Shown: positions 24,266 to 34,962, counted from the first letter of the stretch. The stretch: DNA of 64,000 nucleotides from a virus (IMGVR_UViG_3300045988_003641:1-64000); one strand, 5' to 3'. Translations and numbers: made by a program. Notes: generated by a model not told the origin, from the letters alone.

Positions 24266-24357
24266 GAAGATTAACCCTAAAAGGTAAGGGAGCAGTTTGC
24301 TAAACTGCCAGTAGCTGAGAAATCGGTGTACCAGTTCAAGTCTGGTATCTTCCTCCA
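24266..24357 (+). tRNA. tRNA-Ser (anticodon GCU), class II
   Basis: 92 nt; acceptor GGAAGAT/ATCTTCC, stem GCAGT/ACTGC, loop TTGCTAA. Confidence 0.6.
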
Positions 24358-24361
24358 ATTT

Positions 24362-24436
24362 GAATCCGTGACAGAAATGGCTATGTGCCTGTCTGCAAAA
24401 CAGGTTTATAAGGGTTCGAGTCCCTTCGGATTCTCC
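24362..24436 (+). tRNA. tRNA-Cys (anticodon GCA)
   Basis: Acceptor GAATCCG/CGGATTC, stem CCTGT/ACAGG, loop CTGCAAA. Confidence 0.6.
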
Positions 24437-24473
24437 AAGTTATTTTACTCTCTCTCAATTAAAATAATAATAA

Positions 24474-24533
24474 TGCCCTGCTATAAGTATTCTTCCTTTC
24501 GCTACCGAAGAGTATTTTTAGACAGGGCTTTTT
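24474..24533 (+). terminator. rho-independent terminator after tRNA array
   Basis: GCCCTG...CAGGGC extended hairpin followed by TTTTTT. Confidence 0.6.
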
Positions 24534-24599
24534 TACAGAGTTATACTTTATAGGAAGACTTATACAGTATGTCTCTGACGTACATTGTGGTTTCTCCTT

Positions 24600-24624
24600 G
24601 ACGGTCTCTGTGCCGTCTTTTTTA
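24600..24624 (+). terminator. second rho-independent terminator
   Basis: GACGG-tctctgtg-CCGTC followed by TTTTTT. Confidence 0.55.
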
Positions 24625-24659
24625 AGGGGAAACATGGTTAATTATTTGGAGAAAACATA

Positions 24660-24860
24660 ATGAGTGAGACCGTTTACAAAGAACTTTATGAAGCTAATAA
24701 AAAGCTAGAATTTATGCAGAATACTATCATGGCAATTGCAGACAGATTGTCTGTAGCAACAGGTATTGATATTAAAGAAGCATCTATGGATGCACTTCTT
24801 GATGCTGTTGATGCAAAGTTCGAAGTTAAGAAAGAAGAGACTGCTACAGACTCTGAATAA
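24660..24860 (+). CDS. hypothetical protein upstream of terminase
   Basis: ORF 66 aa. Confidence 0.45.
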   Translation: MSETVYKELYEANKKLEFMQNTIMAIADRLSVATGIDIKEASMDALLDAVDAKFEVKKEETATDSE

Positions 24861-24881
24861 TTCTATTTGCGGAGGTGCTTA

Positions 24882-26483
24882 ATGGACTTAAATGCTGTTA
24901 AGCAGAAGCGAGTGGAAGATGTTAGGAAAGTCCTAGCTGGAGAGTTGGGGCTTTCTGATGAAGTAAAAGAAATTATTAAATCATTCGGTAAAGACCCCTC
25001 TAAATTCCTTCCAACTCAAATTCTGACTTTATTAAGATACACACCAGACCAAGTTCGCCTTATCTTTAAATTGATGACTGATAAGAACTATGTAGCCCCT
25101 CAGCCGGGTTCTCAAGAGGTCTTTTTAAATACTAATGCTGACTTGGTACTCTATGGTGGTGCTGCTGGTGCTGGTAAGACTGCCGCATTGTTAATGGACT
25201 CTTTAAGATTTATTGAAGACCCTAACTATAATGCTGTATATTTCCGTCGAAATACAACACAGTTACAAGGTGGTTTATGGCCTGCTGCAAAGAAACTATT
25301 TGGTAAGTTTGGTGGAATTCCTCACGAGCAGAAGATGACTATCACATTCCCTTCTGGGGCAACTATCAAGTTTACCTATCTAGAACTTGAAAAGCACGCT
25401 GAAGGTCATCAGGGTATTGAATACTCAGCTATTTACTTTGACGAAGGCACACACTTCTCTGCTTCACAGATTTCATACCTACAAACCCGTCTACGTTCTG
25501 GTGCTGAAGGCGATTCATACATGAAGATTTCCATGAACCCAGACAGAGACCACTTTATTTACGATTGGGTAGAGCCATTCTTAGATGAAGAAGGCTACCC
25601 AGACCCTGAAAAATGTGGTCGTATTCGTTGGTATGTGATGAACGATGGTGTGATGGTTTCTGATTGGGAGAGAGACAAGATTCTTGAAATGTTCCCCCTT
25701 GAGATTCCTCAAACATACACCTTTATTTCTGGTACGATTGATGATAACCCAATCCTTGACTTCTTAGAGCCTAAGTACCGTGGTAAGTTGGAAAACAACA
25801 CTCCTGTAAACGTTGCAAGACTTCGTTTCGGTAACTGGAAGGCTCGTGCAGAAGGTTCAAACTATTGGCAAAGACAATGGTGTGAAATTGTTGATTCACT
25901 CCCAGAAGATGTATTTGATGTTAGAGCATGGGACTTAGCAGCAACTTTACCATCTGAGATTAACCCTAATCCAGACTGGACAGCAGGTGTTAAGATGGGT
26001 AAATCTAAAAAAGACGGTTGCTATTATATCATTGATGTAGTAAGATTTAGAGATAGACCCTCTGGAGTCGAAACACAAATTAATTTGACTGCTGAAAGTG
26101 ACGGTAAGCGAACTGGTATTTTTATCCCTCAAGACCCAGGCGCTGCTGGTAAATCCTACGCAACATCCCTCATCAGGAAACTTGCCGAGAAAGGTTATCG
26201 AGCAAGAGCCAAACCAACAAATAAAGATAAAGTTACCCGCTTTGCGGGATTTTCTGCTGCTTCTGAAGCTGGACTTGTAAAAGTCTTGAGAGGTAGTTGG
26301 AATGAAGCTTACTTTCAAGAACTTGAAGGCTTTTGTGGTGACGGTAAAACTAAAGATGACCAAGTGGATGCTACCAGTGATGCTTTCAACAGTCTTAACG
26401 AAGTTAAATTATTCAAGCCACCATCAATGGGTGCTCACACAGATTTAGTGAGAGGAAACCCATATGAGGGGCTTAGACGTTGA
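24882..26483 (+). CDS. terminase large subunit
   Basis: Walker A VLYGGAAGAGKTAA; about 530 aa; start moved to ATG 24882 behind GGAGGTG. Confidence 0.85.
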   Translation: MDLNAVKQKRVEDVRKVLAGELGLSDEVKEIIKSFGKDPSKFLPTQILTLLRYTPDQVRLIFKLMTDKNYVAPQPGSQEVFLNTNADLVLYGGAAGAGKTAALLMDSLRFIEDPNYNAVYFRRNTTQLQGGLWPAAKKLFGKFGGIPHEQKMTITFPSGATIKFTYLELEKHAEGHQGIEYSAIYFDEGTHFSASQISYLQTRLRSGAEGDSYMKISMNPDRDHFIYDWVEPFLDEEGYPDPEKCGRIRWYVMNDGVMVSDWERDKILEMFPLEIPQTYTFISGTIDDNPILDFLEPKYRGKLENNTPVNVARLRFGNWKARAEGSNYWQRQWCEIVDSLPEDVFDVRAWDLAATLPSEINPNPDWTAGVKMGKSKKDGCYYIIDVVRFRDRPSGVETQINLTAESDGKRTGIFIPQDPGAAGKSYATSLIRKLAEKGYRARAKPTNKDKVTRFAGFSAASEAGLVKVLRGSWNEAYFQELEGFCGDGKTKDDQVDATSDAFNSLNEVKLFKPPSMGAHTDLVRGNPYEGLRR

Positions 26484-26499
26484 TAGCTAGGTGAGAAGA

Positions 26500-27966
26500 A
26501 TGGCAGATATTACAGAAACACAAGAAAGCTTACCACCATTTAGAATGGGTGAAGTAGGTTCTTTGGGTCTGAAGGTTAAGAATGGAAGAATCTATGAAGA
26601 ACCTCGTCAGGCACTAAGGTTCCCTGAAAGTATTAAAACTTTCCAATTAATGATGCGTGACCCTGCTGTAGCAGCATCTGTAAATATTATTAAGATGTTT
26701 GTCAGAAAAGTCAACTGGAGATTCGTACCTCCAAAGGGAAAAGAGCAAGACCCTAAAATGCTTGAAAGAGCAGACTTCTTTAATTCTTTAATGGATGACA
26801 TGGAGCATGATTGGGCAGATTTTATTAATTCTGTAATGTCATTCTGCACTTATGGGTTCTGTGTTAACGAGAAAGTTTATAAGAAGCGACAGGGTAAAAA
26901 AGGAAAGTACCAGTCAAAATTTGATGATGGTCTAATTGGATGGGCTAAATTACCAATCAGAAACCAATCAACACTTGATAAGTGGTATTTTGACGAAGAC
27001 TTTAGAAAAGTTACTGGTGTTAGACAGAATCTGAGAAATGTTTCACATATTGCTGGAGCAATTAATCTCGGAGAAAGGCCACTAACAAGAAAACTTCCAC
27101 GAGCTAAATTCATGCTGTTTAAGTATGATGATGAATATGGAAACCCAGAAGGTCGTTCACCATTACTTAATGCCTATGTACCGTGGAAGTATAAAGTTCA
27201 GATTGAAGAGTACGAAGCCGTTGGTGTTTCAAGAGACTTGGTAGGTATGCCAAAGATTGGTTTACCACCAGATTATCTGGATGAAAATGCAGAACCTGAA
27301 AAGAAAGCTTTCGTACAATACTGCAAAACTGTTGTTAACGATATGATTGCTAATGATAGAGCAGGTTTAATCTGGCCTAGATATATCGACCCAGATACTA
27401 AAGAGGATATTTTCGAGTTCTCATTAGTTTCTAGACAGGGTGCTAAAGCATACGATACAGGTTCTATTATTGACAGATATTCCAAGCAGATTATGATGGC
27501 ATTTATGTCAGATGTTCTTGCTATGGGTCAGTCAAAATATGGTTCATTCTCTCTTGCAGATTCTAAGACAAGCTTACTAGCAATGTCAGTGGATATTCTG
27601 CTGAAGCAAATTAAGAACGTAATTAACCGTGATTTAGTTGCACAGACTTATGCTCTTAATATGTGGGACGATGAAGAACATGTACAAATCACTTATGATG
27701 ATATCGAAACTCCAGACCTTGAAGCAATTGGTTCTTATATCCAGAAGACTGTTGCAGTAGGTGCTTTGGAAGTTGACAAAGAGCTATCTAACAAGCTTAG
27801 AGAGCATATTGGTCTTCCTCCTGCTGATGAGTCTCAACCAGTATCTGAAAAGCTTTCTCCAAATAGTCAAAGCCGTTCAGGAGATGGTTATAAGACCGCT
27901 GGAGAAGGTACTGCAAAGACACCTTCAGCGAAAGACCCAAGCACAGCAAATAAGGCAAATAAATAA
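26500..27966 (+). CDS. portal protein (putative)
   Basis: About 490 aa directly after TerL; acidic/basic C-terminal tail; function by position and size. Confidence 0.6.
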   Translation: MADITETQESLPPFRMGEVGSLGLKVKNGRIYEEPRQALRFPESIKTFQLMMRDPAVAASVNIIKMFVRKVNWRFVPPKGKEQDPKMLERADFFNSLMDDMEHDWADFINSVMSFCTYGFCVNEKVYKKRQGKKGKYQSKFDDGLIGWAKLPIRNQSTLDKWYFDEDFRKVTGVRQNLRNVSHIAGAINLGERPLTRKLPRAKFMLFKYDDEYGNPEGRSPLLNAYVPWKYKVQIEEYEAVGVSRDLVGMPKIGLPPDYLDENAEPEKKAFVQYCKTVVNDMIANDRAGLIWPRYIDPDTKEDIFEFSLVSRQGAKAYDTGSIIDRYSKQIMMAFMSDVLAMGQSKYGSFSLADSKTSLLAMSVDILLKQIKNVINRDLVAQTYALNMWDDEEHVQITYDDIETPDLEAIGSYIQKTVAVGALEVDKELSNKLREHIGLPPADESQPVSEKLSPNSQSRSGDGYKTAGEGTAKTPSAKDPSTANKANK

Positions 27967-28466
27967 TGGCTGAAGTTATCTCTATTTCAAATGCTACACG
28001 AGTGCATTCGTATAGAGGTGTTCTTATTATCACTGACAAATTATCTGTAGGGGCTGGCTCAAGGGTCAGCCTTTCAGGTTATGTAAGTGATGGTGGAACC
28101 TCTGACGTTTTCACTATTTGTAGGTTACTTGATTCTCCAATGAGTGGAAAACCGTTTATTTCAGGAAATTGTAGTGAAATTGTTAAAATTCCATTTGACA
28201 GTTCATGCCTTTTGGGTGTAAAGTTATATAACTGCGAGAATAAACGTATCAATGTTAATAGCATTGAAGCCGCTTTCATTACCCTCGACACTGCATTTCA
28301 ATCTCCAATGACAGTTAATAAAGAAACAAACAGACTTGAATACATTTTTTCACAAAATGATTACAAAGTACTTGTCAAAGGCAAAGTATATGATATGATT
28401 GTAAATGTGGTAGATGAATCTGGTAACCATTCAACAGTCCTTAAACAAAAAGTAAGGTTTAATTAA
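27966..28466 (+). CDS. hypothetical head-module protein
   Basis: ORF 166 aa. Confidence 0.5.
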   Translation: MAEVISISNATRVHSYRGVLIITDKLSVGAGSRVSLSGYVSDGGTSDVFTICRLLDSPMSGKPFISGNCSEIVKIPFDSSCLLGVKLYNCENKRINVNSIEAAFITLDTAFQSPMTVNKETNRLEYIFSQNDYKVLVKGKVYDMIVNVVDESGNHSTVLKQKVRFN

Positions 28467-28798
28467 TGGGAACATTAACTATTGATGGTAAGAATAAAAT
28501 CCTCGCCACGCTAACCCCAACGACTATTATTTTACACAATGTAGACCCAACGGCAGACCCTACAGCAAATAAGGTTACTCAGCCAGTGGCTATTTATTTT
28601 TCTGAACCGGATAATGGCTTAATTGCCTCAGAAGATACAGTTAATATTACTGTTCCAGCTTCTGCAACGGTCTCACACTATAGCTTGTGGGATGCTAACG
28701 ATAAATGCGTGGCAACTGGTGCTCTTAGCAAACCTCAATTCTTTGCTGAAGAAGGTATCTATGTTATCTCTTCAGTCTCTGTAGATTTAAACAAATAG
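28466..28798 (+). CDS. hypothetical head-module protein
   Basis: ORF 110 aa. Confidence 0.5.
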   Translation: MGTLTIDGKNKILATLTPTTIILHNVDPTADPTANKVTQPVAIYFSEPDNGLIASEDTVNITVPASATVSHYSLWDANDKCVATGALSKPQFFAEEGIYVISSVSVDLNK

Positions 28799-28809
28799 GG
28801 TGAGTAAAA

Positions 28810-30156
28810 ATGAGTTCGAATATCTTCAGACTTGCTGATAGATTATTCAACCAACCTTTACTAGCCACTGAATCATTAGCTCACTCAGCAGCAACTTATG
28901 TGAATAACAGATTGCTGGGTGATGTCCAAGCAGCAGTAAACTTTGATAAACCCAAAGGTGAAGCAAGAAGTCTTTTAAAAGTAAAAGATGACATTGCTAT
29001 TATTCCTATTATGGGTGGTTTAACCCATCGTATGACATTCATTGATGCAATGTGTACAGGTGGATTAAGCTCTTATGAAGGTTTGCGTAGAGGCTTTGAC
29101 GAAGCTTTAGCAGATGAGTCAATCAAGACTATTGTTCTGCACATCGATTCTGGTGGTGGTGAAGCTTCAGGTTGCTTTGAATTAGCACGTCACATTATGG
29201 CTTCAAGAGGCCAAAAGAAAATTATTGCTTATGTAGATGAGTTCGCTTGTTCCGCTGCATACGCTCTTGCATCTTCTGCTGAAGAAATTATTGCATCACC
29301 AGATGCAGATGTTGGTTCTATTGGTGTAATTATGGTTCATCAGGAATTAACTAAGGCATTTGAAAAGAATGGCGTAACAATTAACGTCATCAAAGCTGGT
29401 GAGTTTAAAGGTATGGGTTCACCATTCCAAGCACTCTCAGAAGAAAGCAAAGAAAGACTTCAAAAGAGAATTAATGATACCTACGCAACCTTTACAGGTT
29501 TTGTAGCCGAATCTCGTAATCTCTCTGAAGAAGCTGTAAAGAATACTGAGGCGAATGTTTATTCTGCTCAGGAAGCTCTTGAACTTGGTTTAATTAACTC
29601 AATCATGTCTCAAGATGATTTCTTAAATTACTTACAAGGTTCTGAAGAGGCTCCTGTAAGTTTAAACGTTAACAATTCAGGTGAAGAAATGACTGAACAA
29701 GAAAAGCAAGAACTAGAAGCTTTGCGTCTTCAGGTTGCTCAAATGAAAGCTAAAGAACAGGAAGCTGCTTTGTCAGATTTGACTAATAAGATTTCTGCTT
29801 CTGCTGAAGCTTTTGGATTTGATGCAAAAGAAGCTGCAACGACTATTTTAGGTGCTGGTCTTGACAACCCTCTGAGTGTTCTGTTTATGAATGCTATGGA
29901 AGGTGCTAACCAGAAACTTAATGAAACTATCGCGTCCCATGCTTCTGCAATGGAAGAAAAAGAATCAGAAATTACCAAGCTGAAAGAAACTGCTGGTGCT
30001 GTTCTTGAACATTCCAATGCTATGGAAGAAATGGGTAATGACGGCGAAGCTGATTTGGTTGAAGAAGAAAAAGAACCAGCTAAGAATGCTTCCGAAGACA
30101 CCGCTGAACAACGCAAACTGGCTCTCCAGAATGCTCTAAAATCTCTTATTAAATAA
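28810..30156 (+). CDS. prohead protease (S49/ClpP-like) fused to scaffold-like coiled-coil C-terminal domain
   Basis: TIVLHIDSGGGEASG and VDEFACSAAYALASSA segments typical of S49 peptidases; C-terminal half Glu/Ala/Lys-rich. Confidence 0.7.
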   Translation: MSSNIFRLADRLFNQPLLATESLAHSAATYVNNRLLGDVQAAVNFDKPKGEARSLLKVKDDIAIIPIMGGLTHRMTFIDAMCTGGLSSYEGLRRGFDEALADESIKTIVLHIDSGGGEASGCFELARHIMASRGQKKIIAYVDEFACSAAYALASSAEEIIASPDADVGSIGVIMVHQELTKAFEKNGVTINVIKAGEFKGMGSPFQALSEESKERLQKRINDTYATFTGFVAESRNLSEEAVKNTEANVYSAQEALELGLINSIMSQDDFLNYLQGSEEAPVSLNVNNSGEEMTEQEKQELEALRLQVAQMKAKEQEAALSDLTNKISASAEAFGFDAKEAATTILGAGLDNPLSVLFMNAMEGANQKLNETIASHASAMEEKESEITKLKETAGAVLEHSNAMEEMGNDGEADLVEEEKEPAKNASEDTAEQRKLALQNALKSLIK

Positions 30157-30167
30157 GGAACACAATA

Positions 30168-30545
30168 ATGGCATATCAAGGTTTTACTAAGTTAGGTAAC
30201 AGAGAACCTCTGAATGATATCATTCTTTGGGAACAGGTTACCCCAACAGGCCACTCTCGTAAAGAGTATACTCCAAAAGCTTCTACAGAATACCGTGTAG
30301 GTGAAGTTCTGAAAGCAGATGGCTCTAAAGTTGCAGCAGGAGAAGAAGCTCAGGCTGATTCTGTATGTATCGTTAACTTTTATGCAGACCTGCAACTGTC
30401 TTACCACGGTCAGTTGAAAGTGGTTGGTATTTACCGCGACGCAGAACTGAAAGACATGCTTACTCTTGAGTCAGATGTTGATGCTGATGAAGTCAAGAAA
30501 GCACTGGCTGCTAAAGGTATTGATTTCGTACCAACTGGCCTGTAA
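30168..30545 (+). CDS. putative head decoration protein
   Basis: 125 aa between protease and capsid genes; call by position. Confidence 0.4.
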   Translation: MAYQGFTKLGNREPLNDIILWEQVTPTGHSRKEYTPKASTEYRVGEVLKADGSKVAAGEEAQADSVCIVNFYADLQLSYHGQLKVVGIYRDAELKDMLTLESDVDADEVKKALAAKGIDFVPTGL

Positions 30546-30578
30546 TAACAATAATAAGACATTCTGGAGAATTTTACA

Positions 30579-31685
30579 ATGTTGACTAATTCTGAAAAAA
30601 GCAGATTTTTCCTTGCTGACCTGACTGGTGAAGTCCAGTCTATCCCAAATACTTATGGGTATATTTCCAACTTAGGTCTGTTCCGTTCAGCACCAATCAC
30701 CCAAACTACTTTCCTTATGGACTTGACTGATTGGGATGTTAGCTTGCTTGATGCGGTAGACCGTGATAGCCGTAAAGCAGAGACTAGCGCACCTGAGCGT
30801 GTTCGTCAAATCAGCTTCCCAATGATGTACTTCAAAGAAGTTGAAAGCATCACTCCTGATGAAATTCAGGGTGTACGTCAGCCAGGCACTGCAAACGAAC
30901 TGACTACTGAAGCTGTAGTACGTGCTAAGAAGCTGATGAAGATTCGTACCAAGTTCGATATTACTCGTGAGTTCCTGTTTATGCAAGCTCTGAAGGGTAA
31001 AGTTGTTGATGCTCGTGGTACGCTGTATGCTGACCTGTACAAGCAGTTCAACGTTGAGAAGAAGACTGTTCACTTCGACCTTGACAACCCTAATGCTGAC
31101 ATCGACGCTTCTATTGAAGAACTGCGTATGCACATGGAAGACGAAGCGAAGACTGGCACTGTAATCAACGGTGAAGAAATTCACGTAGTTGTTGACCGTG
31201 TGTTCTTCAGCAAACTGACTAAACACCCTAAGATTCGTGACGCTTATCTTGCACAGCAGACTCCGCTGGCTTGGCAACAGATTACTGGTTCTCTGAGAAC
31301 TGGTGGTACTGACGGCGTTCAGGCTCATATGAACACTTTCTACTACGGTGGTGTTAAGTTTGTCCAGTACAACGGTAAGTTCAAAGACAAGCGTGGCAAG
31401 GTTCACACTCTGGTGAGCATTGATAGCGTAGCAGACACTGTTGGTGTTGGTCATGCTTTCCCTAACGTTTCTATGCTGGGTGAAGCAAACAACATCTTCG
31501 AAGTGGCTTATGGCCCATGTCCTAAGATGGGTTATGCAAATACACTTGGTCAGGAACTGTACGTATTCGAATACGAAAAAGACCGTGACGAAGGTATTGA
31601 CTTTGAAGCTCACTCTTACATGCTGCCATACTGTACTCGTCCTCAGTTGCTGGTAGATGTTCGCGCTGACGCCAAAGGTGGCTGA
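30579..31685 (+). CDS. major capsid protein
   Basis: 368 aa after protease/scaffold; call by synteny and size. Confidence 0.7.
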   Translation: MLTNSEKSRFFLADLTGEVQSIPNTYGYISNLGLFRSAPITQTTFLMDLTDWDVSLLDAVDRDSRKAETSAPERVRQISFPMMYFKEVESITPDEIQGVRQPGTANELTTEAVVRAKKLMKIRTKFDITREFLFMQALKGKVVDARGTLYADLYKQFNVEKKTVHFDLDNPNADIDASIEELRMHMEDEAKTGTVINGEEIHVVVDRVFFSKLTKHPKIRDAYLAQQTPLAWQQITGSLRTGGTDGVQAHMNTFYYGGVKFVQYNGKFKDKRGKVHTLVSIDSVADTVGVGHAFPNVSMLGEANNIFEVAYGPCPKMGYANTLGQELYVFEYEKDRDEGIDFEAHSYMLPYCTRPQLLVDVRADAKGG

Positions 31686-31705
31686 TAAATTTAGGAGGGT
31701 TATGA

Positions 31706-32155
31706 ATGTGTTATACAGGCGACCCAGCCAATAACCCTCTTGATAGAGTAAGAATCCTCTGCACAGACACTAATAATGATGAAATCCTTATTGAGCAGTC
31801 TGTGCTAGAGTGGTTCTATCTAGAATCTGGAAAGGATGAAAAGAAAGCAGCCATCAAAGCTCTTAAATATTTACTCTTTCAAGTAGCCAAGATGGGAGAT
31901 GAGAAGGTTGGTGGTGTTTATTTACGTAACTCTTCCAGATTCAAATCTCTGAAAGCTGTTTATGACGACCTTGTTAAAAGCTCTGTTTCAGGACTACCCT
32001 ATGCAGGTGGTATTAATCAGTGTGATATTGACATGCGTCGTCAGAATCCTTGCTCTGTCAAGAAATACACAGAATATGGTGATGCTGCCAGATACGAAGG
32101 CAGAGATTACTGCAACCGTGTTAATGGCGTATTTATTATCGAGCGAGATGAATAA
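31706..32155 (+). CDS. hypothetical head completion / connector protein
   Basis: ORF 149 aa. Confidence 0.45.
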   Translation: MCYTGDPANNPLDRVRILCTDTNNDEILIEQSVLEWFYLESGKDEKKAAIKALKYLLFQVAKMGDEKVGGVYLRNSSRFKSLKAVYDDLVKSSVSGLPYAGGINQCDIDMRRQNPCSVKKYTEYGDAARYEGRDYCNRVNGVFIIERDE

Positions 32156-32637
32156 TGGTTAAAAGGGTTATTCACCCCGCGAGAGCAAAATTAGTCGGGG
32201 CTATGAAGAACTTGCAAACGGCTAATGCTCAAGTTGGGTATTTTCAAGAACAAGGTCAACATAGCTCTGGTTTTTCTTATCCTGCTTTAATGTATTTACA
32301 AGAAGTTATTGGGGTTCCTTCAGCTTCTGGTAAAGTATATCGTAGGTTGTTTGAAATCACTATGATGCTAAACAAACAGACCTTGTTAGAGCAGACTAAG
32401 AAGAATCTATATAAGCAACTTAGCAGTCTCAACACAGACCCTTCAAATACCTTAGAAGCATTTGCAAAGAATACTCAAAAGGTAATTAAAAGGGGTTTTG
32501 GTAATTCTGCTATCCTCCCTCCTAACGCACCTTCCACAGTCAAGAAAAAAGGCTTTAACGCACCTCTTGTTGAGACAGGTGACTTAAGAGATAACCTTGC
32601 TTATAAAATTTCTACTAAGAAGGGTATTAAAAAATGA
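32155..32637 (+). CDS. hypothetical head-tail joining protein
   Basis: ORF 160 aa. Confidence 0.45.
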   Translation: MVKRVIHPARAKLVGAMKNLQTANAQVGYFQEQGQHSSGFSYPALMYLQEVIGVPSASGKVYRRLFEITMMLNKQTLLEQTKKNLYKQLSSLNTDPSNTLEAFAKNTQKVIKRGFGNSAILPPNAPSTVKKKGFNAPLVETGDLRDNLAYKISTKKGIKK

Positions 32638-33035
32638 GACTCTTAAACAGACACAGCTTTGTAGTAAAGCGTAAAGTCTCTGAAGATGGTTATTATAATG
32701 ATGATGGTGATTGGGTAGCTTCACAAGATATTGTAGAGGTTAACTGTAAAGGTAATATTCAGCCATATATCAAAGGTTCTGTAAAGAATGGTACACAGAT
32801 TGCTTTACCGGAAGGTATTAGGCTTACCGATACAAGAATCCTGTATACCACATATAAGCTTAGAACTTCAGATGATGTAGAGTGGAATGAGTCTGACATT
32901 GTTATGATTGATGGTCATGAGTATGAAGTATTTATGACTATGGATTGGTCACAGCAATTAGCCCATACATCCCATTATGAATATATCATTATTAGAAGGG
33001 ATAAAATGAATGCAGTTAGAAACAGCAGAACTTGA
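32634..33035 (+). CDS. hypothetical head-tail joining protein
   Basis: ORF 133 aa. Confidence 0.45.
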   Translation: MRLLNRHSFVVKRKVSEDGYYNDDGDWVASQDIVEVNCKGNIQPYIKGSVKNGTQIALPEGIRLTDTRILYTTYKLRTSDDVEWNESDIVMIDGHEYEVFMTMDWSQQLAHTSHYEYIIIRRDKMNAVRNSRT

Positions 33036-33609
33036 AAAAGGTCTAGTTAGAACCTTAGTGGATGTTATTGGTCACAGATTAGCTCGTGATAAAAATAATA
33101 GACCAAACGTAATTAGAGCTTACCCTTCTGATAACTCAAATGACAAAGGTTTAAAACCTGACCAGCCATTTATTACCGTATATTGTCAAGATGCTGCAAC
33201 ACCTTATGGTTGGGTTCTTGATAAGTTTGTTGAAGATGATGTAGCTTGTTACAGAATCGCTTTTCAGATTCCTGTATTGATTACGGTAAATGGTAAAGGT
33301 GCTCACAGTATTATGCTTGAGCTTAAACAAAGATTAGAGATGAGTTCAGTCAGAGATTTAATCCTTGAAGAAACAGGAGCTACAGTATTAGACACTGGAG
33401 CAATCCCTAACGATTACACTTATCTCAATACAGATTTCGAAAATTCTGCGCCTCTTGTTGTAACTCTTGTAAAAAACTCAGTCCTGAAAGATGAACGTGG
33501 AAGTATTATTGAGCGTGTCATTGTTGATGGTGAGTTGGTTTATGAAGAAGGGCAAGAGCCACCAGAATATACTATCCATCTAGATGTAGACTCCAAAGGG
33601 GTAAAATAA
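33010..33609 (+). CDS. hypothetical tail completion protein
   Basis: ORF 199 aa. Confidence 0.45.
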   Translation: MQLETAELEKGLVRTLVDVIGHRLARDKNNRPNVIRAYPSDNSNDKGLKPDQPFITVYCQDAATPYGWVLDKFVEDDVACYRIAFQIPVLITVNGKGAHSIMLELKQRLEMSSVRDLILEETGATVLDTGAIPNDYTYLNTDFENSAPLVVTLVKNSVLKDERGSIIERVIVDGELVYEEGQEPPEYTIHLDVDSKGVK

Positions 33610-34962
33610 ATGTGGAATCCAATTGTTAATGTAGATATTACATTGAACACCGCAGGAACTACAAGAGAAGGTTTTGGTTTGCCACTATTCTTAGCTTCAA
33701 CAGATAACTTTGAAGAAAGAGTGCGTGGTTATACTTCCTTAACTGAAGTTGCTGAAGATTTCGATGAGAATACTGCTGCATATAAGGCTGCTAAACAACT
33801 TTGGAGTCAGACTCCTAAAGTAACTCAGCTTTATATTGGTAGACGCGCTATGCAGTACACTGTATCAATTCCTGATGAGGTTACTGAGAGCACGGACTAC
33901 TCAATTACTGTAGCTGTCGGTGGGGGAATGTCACAACCATTCCAGTACACCTCACAAGGTGAAGATACTGCCGAGAATGTATTACAACAGTTTAAAACAC
34001 AGATTGAAGCTGACCAATCAATTAAAGATAAAGTTTCAGTCAATGTTACTGGTAGCAACGGTTCTGCCACAATGGTCATCTCCAAAGCTGGTGACAATGA
34101 TTTCGTGAAGGTAACCACTACAGCACAAACTGTGTCTATTGCAAGCACAACTGCTGATACAGCGTCAACTGCTCTGGCAGCTATTGAAGCTTATTCTACC
34201 GACTGGTATTTCATTGCAGCAGAAGACAGAACTCAACAGTTTGTTTTGGCAATGGCTTCTGAGATTCAGGCTCGTAAGAAAATCTTCTTCACAGCTAACT
34301 CTGATGTAGCAGCACTGCAAGGTACAGAATTAAATAGTGCAAATGATGTTCCAGCACAGCTTGCTAAGAGTATGTATACTCGCACAGTTTGCTTGTGGCA
34401 TCACACAGCGGCAGAAGATTATCCAGAGATGGCATATATTGCTTATGGCGCTCCATACGATGCAGGGTCAATTGCTTGGGGTAATGCTCAGTTGACTGGT
34501 GTAGCTGCTTCTTTACAGCCAGCTAATAAGAGACCTCTGACAAGCATTCAGAAGTCAGCTTTAGATGTACGTCACTGTAACTTTATCGACCTTGATGGTG
34601 GTGTTCCAGTGGTTCGTAGAGGGATTACTTCTGGTGGGGAATGGATTGATATCGTCCGTGGTGTTGACTGGTTAGAATCAGACCTGAAAACTTCTCTGAG
34701 AGACTTGCTAATTAACCAGAAGGGTGGTAAGATTACTTATGATGATACTGGTATTACCCGTATTCGTCAAGTCATTGAAACCTCTCTACAAAGAGCAGTC
34801 AACAGAAACTTCCTGTCATCTTACACAGTTAATGTTCCTAAAGCCTCTCAAGTTGCTTTGGCAGACAAGAAAGCTCGTATCCTGAAAGATGTTACCTTCG
34901 CAGGTATCTTAGCAGGGGCTATCTTGGATGTTGACTTGAAAGGTACAGTGGCTTACGAATAA
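33610..34962 (+). CDS. tail sheath protein
   Basis: 450 aa immediately before 148-aa tube-sized gene, chaperone pair and tape measure. Confidence 0.65.
   Translation: MWNPIVNVDITLNTAGTTREGFGLPLFLASTDNFEERVRGYTSLTEVAEDFDENTAAYKAAKQLWSQTPKVTQLYIGRRAMQYTVSIPDEVTESTDYSITVAVGGGMSQPFQYTSQGEDTAENVLQQFKTQIEADQSIKDKVSVNVTGSNGSATMVISKAGDNDFVKVTTTAQTVSIASTTADTASTALAAIEAYSTDWYFIAAEDRTQQFVLAMASEIQARKKIFFTANSDVAALQGTELNSANDVPAQLAKSMYTRTVCLWHHTAAEDYPEMAYIAYGAPYDAGSIAWGNAQLTGVAASLQPANKRPLTSIQKSALDVRHCNFIDLDGGVPVVRRGITSGGEWIDIVRGVDWLESDLKTSLRDLLINQKGGKITYDDTGITRIRQVIETSLQRAVNRNFLSSYTVNVPKASQVALADKKARILKDVTFAGILAGAILDVDLKGTVAYE

Noticed and set aside
24326-24553. 75-aa ORF
   Set aside because: Overlaps tRNA-Ser and tRNA-Cys and the terminators that follow; not coding
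30687-31613. 308-aa ORF on minus strand
   Set aside because: Lies entirely antisense within the major capsid gene, with no RBS or synteny support; most likely a chance open frame
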